This document shows positions 57,811-64,000 of a stretch of DNA of 64,000 bases, in pieces. Both the position numbers and the translations under genes were made by a program. Positions within the stretch are counted from its first letter, which is position 1. Every line of letters starts with the position of its first letter. The notes below the pieces were generated by a model. It made no database searches. It was not told where the DNA came from and saw only the letters and a program-made list of their open reading frames with translations. The DNA comes from Chthoniobacteraceae bacterium (GTDB taxonomy: Bacteria; Verrucomicrobiota; Verrucomicrobiia; Chthoniobacterales; Chthoniobacteraceae), in assembly GCA_031409335.1 (NCBI GenBank), contig JANNWY010000293.1, forward strand, positions 1-64,000. Direction: 5' to 3'.

Positions 57811-59340
57811 TCACAAAGTCTTCATGAACTCCACCAGCGACGCTTTTTCTCCGGCGCCGAGATTCACGCCGTAAGTGTGGCCGCTGTTGCTATCGCCGCG
57901 CACGCTCACATCGTGCCGCCAGCCAGTGCGCTCGGCTTCGAGGCCGGTGGTGATGAAACCGACGTTCACGGGATCGTACACATCGTAGCCGCGGTGGAAG
58001 ATTTTTGCGCGCTCGGCCACCGGCTTCAGCAGATCGACCAGCGTCGGCACGGAGCCGTTGTGCAAATAGGGCGCGCGCATCCAGAGTCCGTCGAGCGGCG
58101 GCGATTGGTAGGCTTCGATTTTCACCATGTTCGGGCGGTCGATACCGAAACTTTTCACGCGCTCATTGGCAATATCGGCGGCCTGCTGGATCCAGGTGTC
58201 CATGCGCTCGCGGTCGGTGCCGATCTCGGCGATGGGGATCGGTTTGTTCGTGCGCGGGCGACCCGGCTCGTGGCATTCCGCGCAGTGCTGATCGTAGATC
58301 GGGCGGCCATTTGCGGCGAGTGCAGTGTCGATCGGGAAGGGAAATTTCGGCGGCCGGAGTTCGCTGAGAAAGTTGTCCACCTCAGCCATGCGATTCTCAA
58401 ACCACGCGCGGCGTTTCATCCGCCAGTTCATCCAGTCGAGCTGGCCGCGCACCTCGCCGAGCAAGTCCTGTGGCTGATTTGGGAAGTTGCCGGGCGCAGC
58501 GCCGAGGCCGAGCGCGGAGTCGATGATGACGGAGCGCACCGCGGGCGTGTCGCAGCTCCAGTTGAGGTAAAGCTCCGGGCCTTTGCGGACTTTCAGATTC
58601 CAGATCGACGGAAAATCCGCCTGTCCGGTCGTCTCATCCTTGGCCATCCCGGTCATGAAATATTTGGTGAGATTCATCGGGTCGTCCCGCCCTTTTCCCC
58701 ACGCCGGCATGTGCGCGCGATCCATCCACGCGAACGCATCTTTTTGCGCGGCGAGTTCCCGTTTCGCGGCGGGAATGATGACGTGGCGATAGAGCAGGCT
58801 GTCCACGAGAGAGAGTCGGATTTCGCTTTCGATCAGCGGCATCAGCACGTCGGCGTTGAAGCGCGGATCGTTCGCGCTGCGGTAGAGAAAGCGGATCATG
58901 CCCTGGATGTCCGCGGTGTGCGACGCCGCGCCGACGACGACATGCGGCGTTTCATCCGGTGCCGCGCGCCACGAGCCGGTATGGCAGATCGCGCAGTTGT
59001 TCGCGACGCGTGGAAAACCCACCGTTTTTTTGGAGAAGCCGGACGGCAATTCCTTTCCCTCCTCCCATACGAGGCCGAACGACTGATAGCCGCCGGAGCC
59101 GGGCAGGAGGTCGGGAAACACGCGCGGCAGCACGACCCAGATCCAATACGGAATCCCGCGATTCGTTTCCGCGCCGATCGAGCCGTATTTGAAACGCTCG
59201 GCCTCGTTTTCAAATGGCGGCTGGTCCACTTCACGGAAAAATTTCAGCCAGCCAAACCACCCGCCAAACAGCGCGAGCAGGAGGAAGACGGCGAGGAAGA
59301 AGCGGAGCTTTCTGTGTTTGCGCTTCGGTTTGGTGCTCAT
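57811..59340 (-). CDS. Membrane-anchored di-heme c protein, RoxA/MauG-CcP superfamily-like
   Basis: N-terminal TM; FKYGSIG; CAICH and CAECH; IGTDRER; PLDGLWMRAPYLHNGSVPTL; NSGH. Confidence 0.9.
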   Translation of the reverse strand: MSTKPKRKHRKLRFFLAVFLLLALFGGWFGWLKFFREVDQPPFENEAERFKYGSIGAETNRGIPYWIWVVLPRVFPDLLPGSGGYQSFGLVWEEGKELPSGFSKKTVGFPRVANNCAICHTGSWRAAPDETPHVVVGAASHTADIQGMIRFLYRSANDPRFNADVLMPLIESEIRLSLVDSLLYRHVIIPAAKRELAAQKDAFAWMDRAHMPAWGKGRDDPMNLTKYFMTGMAKDETTGQADFPSIWNLKVRKGPELYLNWSCDTPAVRSVIIDSALGLGAAPGNFPNQPQDLLGEVRGQLDWMNWRMKRRAWFENRMAEVDNFLSELRPPKFPFPIDTALAANGRPIYDQHCAECHEPGRPRTNKPIPIAEIGTDRERMDTWIQQAADIANERVKSFGIDRPNMVKIEAYQSPPLDGLWMRAPYLHNGSVPTLVDLLKPVAERAKIFHRGYDVYDPVNVGFITTGLEAERTGWRHDVSVRGDSNSGHTYGVNLGAGEKASLVEFMKTL

Positions 59341-59346
59341 CGGGCG

Positions 59347-61299
59347 TCAAAAAGTTTTCAGATACTCGACGATCGCGTCCTTCTCGGCGGTGGGGAGATT
59401 TGTGCCGTATTGGAGCGGCGCGGGAAGGGGTGCCGGGTCTGCGTGCCCGGCGTTGCCATTGCCGGGCACGGCAGTGTCGTAGAGGAAAAATGTGCGGCCC
59501 TTTTCCGCAGCCACGTTCGAGAGGAAACCGACGCGCGCGAAATCGTACACGTCGTAGCCGCGGAAAAAAGTTTTCGGGCGCAGCGCCGCCGGTTCGAGCA
59601 AATCGCGGAGCGTCGGCACCGAGCCGTTGTGCAGATACGGCGCGCGCAGCCAGATGCCGTCGAGCGGCTGGTTCGCGTAGCCGTTGGTCTTGCGGAAATG
59701 AGTGAAGCGTTCCTCGGGGTAGCCCGCGTACAGCAGATTCTGATTTGCTGAAAGTTCGCGCGTGTAGGAATCGAGCCGGTGCCGATCGGTGCGGATGTCC
59801 GCGATGTCCGTGACCTTGCCGACATATTCACCCGCGAAGTCCGTGCCGCTTTTCCCGTGGCATGCCGCGCAGTAGCGCTCGTAAAGCGGCTGGCCTTTCG
59901 CCGCCAGCGCGGGGTCGATTTTCGATTTGGGAAAAGGCGCGGGCTTCGCCTTGTCACGCAGCCAGTCGGCGGTGCGCTTCATCGCCGGGCGATCTAGGAT
60001 CGCGGGCCGCGCGCCCGCGCCAAAGGCCGCGCTCCGATTGCGCTCCTCGACCGATGAGTTGTTGCCGTCCCAATGCAGTTGCATCCCTTCGCGCTGTCGC
60101 TGATTCCAAATCGATGGCAGGTCGCAGTTCCCGATCCATTCCTTTTCCGGCAGCTTCGCCATCGGGAAATTGAAGAGCACTTTTGGCGGCGAAAAAGTAT
60201 CCACGCGCCCCGGCCCGGTCGGCGGTTCGCGATCGAGGAAACTCAGGAAACGCTGGCGCAACAGCAGCGTGCGCGAGCGCATCCGATCAATGACCACGAA
60301 TTTGATCAGCGCACGATTGAGCGCGCTTTCGCGGAAACCGTGATGCTCCATTTGCGCCAGTACACGATCCGCGTTGAAGCGTTCGTCGGCGACGCAGGCG
60401 AATAGGAATCGCTCGAATTTTTCGAGGTCCATGTTGTTCGCTGGCATGCCGAGATAAATGCGCGGCGCGCTCTCCGGCGTCTCGCGCACAGTGCCAACGT
60501 GGCAAACAGCGCAGTTGAGAAACACGCGGTCGATGCCCTGCACCCGCCGTTTCGAGACGCCGATCGGCAAATCCTTGTCGCGCCCGTTTTCATCCTTCTC
60601 GTATAGGAATCCGACCGACTGCAGTCCCTCGCCGGGCAGCAAGTCGGCGAACATTTTCGGCAGCGTCTGCCAGATTGCGTACGGCACGCCCATGTCCGCC
60701 TCGCCACCCAGCGATCCGTATTTGAAATGATCGTCGTCGCTCGCAAACGTCACCGGCGTGCCGAGATCGCGCGGGTTCAGCCGGACGGCGAGGTAGATCG
60801 TGGAGGCGAGCAGCGCGAGCGCGGTAGCGGCGATGATGCGACGCCAGAACGTCCGTGCTGGCGCGTATTGAAAGCAGACGCAAAAATGGATCGACGGTTT
60901 GCGCCAGAGGAAAACTTTTCCTAGGTAAAGGCCGGGCGCGACCTCGCGGATTTCGTCGCGCACCATGCGCGCGACGAGCGAGGTTTTCGAGTAGTCGATG
61001 ACCGTGCAGTCCGCATCGTCGTGCCAGCTTTTCCCCGGCGCGACCGTGGCCTTGATCGCGCGGATACCAAACGCGGTAACACGGTTTTTCAGCGTGCCGC
61101 CTTGTGCGTCGAAGACTTTTCCCTGCCAGAAAAACCAGCGCGCGATCCACGCGAAAAACGGCGCGCACCAAGTCCCCGGCCACACGATCGCCGTGCCCGT
61201 CGCCTCGCCGTCCGGCAGCCCGCCCGCGGGACTTTTTCCGAACAACTCGTCGAGCTGCTCGTAGGACATTTTGAGAAGCTGCGAGCGGTCGAGGGGCAC
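59347..61299 (-). CDS. Di-heme c protein (RoxA-like) fused to an N-terminal ~145-aa domain via a TM helix
   Basis: N-terminal domain aligns with 61574-62047; TM IIAATALALLASTIYLAV; CAVCH and CAACH; PLDGIWLRAPYLHNGSVPTL. Confidence 0.9.
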   Translation of the reverse strand: MPLDRSQLLKMSYEQLDELFGKSPAGGLPDGEATGTAIVWPGTWCAPFFAWIARWFFWQGKVFDAQGGTLKNRVTAFGIRAIKATVAPGKSWHDDADCTVIDYSKTSLVARMVRDEIREVAPGLYLGKVFLWRKPSIHFCVCFQYAPARTFWRRIIAATALALLASTIYLAVRLNPRDLGTPVTFASDDDHFKYGSLGGEADMGVPYAIWQTLPKMFADLLPGEGLQSVGFLYEKDENGRDKDLPIGVSKRRVQGIDRVFLNCAVCHVGTVRETPESAPRIYLGMPANNMDLEKFERFLFACVADERFNADRVLAQMEHHGFRESALNRALIKFVVIDRMRSRTLLLRQRFLSFLDREPPTGPGRVDTFSPPKVLFNFPMAKLPEKEWIGNCDLPSIWNQRQREGMQLHWDGNNSSVEERNRSAAFGAGARPAILDRPAMKRTADWLRDKAKPAPFPKSKIDPALAAKGQPLYERYCAACHGKSGTDFAGEYVGKVTDIADIRTDRHRLDSYTRELSANQNLLYAGYPEERFTHFRKTNGYANQPLDGIWLRAPYLHNGSVPTLRDLLEPAALRPKTFFRGYDVYDFARVGFLSNVAAEKGRTFFLYDTAVPGNGNAGHADPAPLPAPLQYGTNLPTAEKDAIVEYLKTF

Positions 61300-61350
61300 G
61301 ATGAATTTCCGGTTAAAGCGTGTGCTGTATCTCGCAGGTCACTCGCAGTG

Positions 61351-61523
61351 AGGGCCAACGGCCCAAAACAACCCAGCCCAGGGCAACGCCCTCGGTATCA
61401 GCCATATTTTCAAAACAGCCCTGAAAGGGCGGGACAATGTCTTGCCCTTTCAGGGCTGGGCCTTTTCTCAAATGATTTCCCAGGGCGTTGCCCTGGGCTG
61501 GGATATCTCGGGCCATTGGCCCT
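61351..61523. repeat. 173-bp multi-hairpin palindromic element (REP/MITE-like, family 3)
   Basis: Ends AGGGCCAACGGCCC/GGGCCATTGGCCCT; next CCCAGCCCAGGGCAACGCCCT/AGGGCGTTGCCCTGGGCTGGG; inner CAGCCCTGAAAGGGC/GCCCTTTCAGGGCTG. Confidence 0.9.
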
Positions 61524-61573
61524 GCCGGAGGGCTAACGCGAGGCAGAAAGCAGGAACAAAAGGCCATGCAATT

Positions 61574-62047
61574 CTAGGCAGGAAATTTCAGTGCGAAGTG
61601 GATGAGCCGGTGCGCGTCGGGTTTCTCTTTTCCCCAATAGACGACGCCGAGATACACGCCGGGGCTGACCTCGCGGATTTCATCGCGAATCCACTGCGCG
61701 ACGATCGACGTCTGCGAGTAGTCGAGCACCCAGCACTCCTTCCCATCGAGCCAGCTTCCGTCTTTGTACACCTGCGCGATGATCGCTTTCGTGCCCAACA
61801 GCAGCAGCCGGTTTTTCAGCGTCGCGCGCTGCGGGTCCACGGGATCGGGCGTGAAAACTTTTCCCTTCCACGAAAACAGATGCACGAACTTCGCGATCGT
61901 ATCCGACACCGCCGAGCCGGGCGCGACGATGGCAGTGCCTTCACCTTCGCCGGTGGGAATGTCGCCAGCGGGCGCGTTGCGAAAAATCTCGTCGAGTTGC
62001 CCGGACGAAAGTTTCAGGAAGTCTTCAGGATTGGTGATGGTGCTCAT
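61574..62047 (-). CDS. Conserved hypothetical protein (stand-alone copy of the domain fused to the downstream di-heme protein)
   Basis: 157 aa; QLDEIF, GTAIV, WKGKVF, TLKNR, LDYSQTS and IRDEIREVSPGVYLG. Confidence 0.85.
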   Translation of the reverse strand: MSTITNPEDFLKLSSGQLDEIFRNAPAGDIPTGEGEGTAIVAPGSAVSDTIAKFVHLFSWKGKVFTPDPVDPQRATLKNRLLLLGTKAIIAQVYKDGSWLDGKECWVLDYSQTSIVAQWIRDEIREVSPGVYLGVVYWGKEKPDAHRLIHFALKFPA

Positions 62048-62073
62048 GGGTTTTTCGGGTGCGTGGGTTTCGG

Positions 62074-63999
62074 TCAGAAAGTTTTCATGAACTCGATGAG
62101 CGCGAGTTTATCCGCATCGGGAAGGTCCGCGCCGAAGGTGTGGCCGCGATCCTCGATGAGGTCGGGACACATGCTGACTTTCAGCAGCGTCGGCGCGACT
62201 TCGCGCTTCATCACGTCCTTCGCCGCGTCGCCGTCGAGGCCCTTGAGTTTGATTTCGAGCAGCGATTTTTTGATTTTCACGATGAGCGTGGCGAGTTCGC
62301 CGAACGACATGTCGGGATTCACGTTCGCGAGCAGATTTATCGGCGTGCCTGCCGGGATGTGGCCGATGCGGAAGTAGCCGTCCGGGTCGATCTGGCCGGC
62401 AAGCGCCTTCTTCAAAAGGTCCGGCATGTAGTCGCTGTGCAGCGTGAATTGCGACTCCGCGGAAGTGCGCCAGATGGAATCCCTGCCCGCGCGCTTTTCC
62501 GGCCAGAGGAGTTTTTGCGCGGCGTCATCGAACGCCGCCATGCGTCCTGCGACGGACGGATCGCCGGTGTATTTTCCGAGCGCGTTGTTGTGGAAAAATG
62601 GCGCGGACGACCAGAGCGAGATGAGCGACGGCGTGCGGTAATATCCGGTGCCGCCCTCTGGAATCGCGAAGGTTTCCTCCGCCTCCGAGTAGGGATTCCA
62701 GTAGTCGATGCTACCGGGCGACGGCAGGTTTTTGTAAGTCTCCGACGAGAACCAATTCCACACGTGCCCGCGCTTCGCATTGGTCGCGAAGGCGCGCGCG
62801 GCGTTGGTCTTGATCTTCGTCACCGGATGCCGCTGCTCGTCCGAGAGAAAGTTCGCCGTGAGAAAGTCCGGCTTCATCACTTCTTCCGCAAAGAAAGCAT
62901 CCTCATCTTTTCCCGCGGGAGGCTGTTTGCTGGAGTGGCACTTCGCGCAATTCTCCGCGAAAGCGACCTTCCCGTGCGACAGCACGGCGTCGTCTTTCGT
63001 CATGAACTCCGCGCCGCCCGGCGCGTCCGCGAGGCGGTAGGAAGTGAGCCGCATGAAGAACTTCGCGATGTTGTCCACCTTCTCCTGGGTCGCATTCCAA
63101 TAAACCGAATTTTCCTGCGCCGTTTTGATGCTGAACGGCTTTTGTGGCGTCAGCCCGAGCAGCGGTTGATGCTGCTGCATCCAGTGCTGCGAGTACATGC
63201 CGATGTTGAGATAGACGCGAATCGTCGCGCCGCGCACGCCGACGGAATCCGCGCCGTCTTTCAAAATGTAGGGCACCTTCATCGTCGCCTGCTCGCCAGG
63301 GATGAGCATCGATTCGCCGGCCATCGTTTCATCGTGGCCCGCAGCGGCGCGCGCGCCGAGTTCGAAGATCGCGTTGATCGTGTTCGGGTTGTTGATGTGA
63401 TCCGTCGCGATGCGCGAAGTGTCCGAAGTCCCGCGCGGTTGCGCCTTCAACATCTCCCAGAAAAATCCGCCCTCCTTCACGTTCGGCGCGAACACGCGGC
63501 CCTCGGAAATGTATTGATTGCCAATGGCCGACGCGAGGTTCTCCCACTTTGGATTGTTCACGTCCGCCGGTGGATTCGTCGGGTGAAACGCGATGTGACA
63601 CGAGCCGCAGGAAACGCCGACGCGATACGGGCGGATGAGCCCCTTCTGGGTCGCGTATTTCGGATCGCTGTTGAATTTCTCCGCATCCCACTGCTTCACC
63701 GCATCGCCCTTGAAATCGGGATTGTCGAACAGGCGGAAACCCATCACGCCAGACGGGCGGCCGTACACGTTCGGATCAATCCCCGGCGGTTCCGGCTCGA
63801 CCGCTTCGTCGATCCACAGCCCGAATTTGTCCGGCTTCATCGCCTGCTTGAAGCCCGGTTGATTGATCAGCCCGAGCACCGCGAAACGCTCGTCGCGTTT
63901 CCGTGAGTCGATCGTTTTCAGCAGATCGAAAAGGCCCAATGCCTCCCGCGCCACGCGATCCCAAAACTGCTCGTTTCCGCCGCACCAAAGATTCCACGT
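62074..63999 (-). CDS. Large di-heme c protein (RoxA/CcP-like), 5'-truncated by window edge
   Basis: Frame open to the window end (TWNLWCGGNEQFW); CGSCH and CAKCH; YYRTPSLISLWSSAPFFHNN; ends LIEFMKTF like its neighbours. Confidence 0.9.
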   Translation of the reverse strand, partial: TWNLWCGGNEQFWDRVAREALGLFDLLKTIDSRKRDERFAVLGLINQPGFKQAMKPDKFGLWIDEAVEPEPPGIDPNVYGRPSGVMGFRLFDNPDFKGDAVKQWDAEKFNSDPKYATQKGLIRPYRVGVSCGSCHIAFHPTNPPADVNNPKWENLASAIGNQYISEGRVFAPNVKEGGFFWEMLKAQPRGTSDTSRIATDHINNPNTINAIFELGARAAAGHDETMAGESMLIPGEQATMKVPYILKDGADSVGVRGATIRVYLNIGMYSQHWMQQHQPLLGLTPQKPFSIKTAQENSVYWNATQEKVDNIAKFFMRLTSYRLADAPGGAEFMTKDDAVLSHGKVAFAENCAKCHSSKQPPAGKDEDAFFAEEVMKPDFLTANFLSDEQRHPVTKIKTNAARAFATNAKRGHVWNWFSSETYKNLPSPGSIDYWNPYSEAEETFAIPEGGTGYYRTPSLISLWSSAPFFHNNALGKYTGDPSVAGRMAAFDDAAQKLLWPEKRAGRDSIWRTSAESQFTLHSDYMPDLLKKALAGQIDPDGYFRIGHIPAGTPINLLANVNPDMSFGELATLIVKIKKSLLEIKLKGLDGDAAKDVMKREVAPTLLKVSMCPDLIEDRGHTFGADLPDADKLALIEFMKTF

Positions 64000-64000
64000 A

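Overview
This is a GC-rich bacterial chromosomal segment. The gene repertoire (PQQ/BamB-type propeller, Tat-exported Gfo/Idh/MocA, CotH/lamin-tail surface proteins) and the palindromic repeat families suggest PVC superphylum, probably Verrucomicrobia; this is inference, not a database result. 1-17.2 kb: housekeeping (aldehyde dehydrogenase, sugar ABC ATPase, trpC, tRNA-Gly, tRNA-fMet, dadA-like, pgi, alaS, AlkC-like glycosylase, sppA, CAAX protease, thiL, tsaE). 17.3-26.3 kb: glycan-modification locus (three polytopic GT-C-like proteins, two of them low-GC tandem paralogs, a methyltransferase-GT2 fusion and two more methyltransferases). 26.5-31.5 kb: CHASE2 cyclase + FecR-passenger + outer-membrane barrel. 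31.6-38.2 kb: TPR protein, lipoprotein, nth, GT-like, EEP and ABM-like genes. 38.4-53.4 kb: accessory block with a ~2,000-aa CotH protein split by a 1-nt homopolymer frameshift, a Kelch/FN3/Ig protein, a His/Pro-rich putative leader followed by a terminator-like hairpin, a 9-CxxCH cytochrome, and a CusRS/CzcRS-like pair. 53.5-64 kb: purple acid phosphatase + TPR, an oxidoreductase and three RoxA/MauG-like di-heme proteins. The most notable observations are two independent in-frame insertions in alaS (a translated 99-bp palindrome and a low-GC ~40-aa insert), a putative metal-sensing leader/attenuator upstream of a surface-type nonaheme cytochrome, a C-terminal domain shared by three unrelated secreted proteins, and the triple di-heme operon. 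No CRISPR array, rRNA, integrase or transposase was seen.
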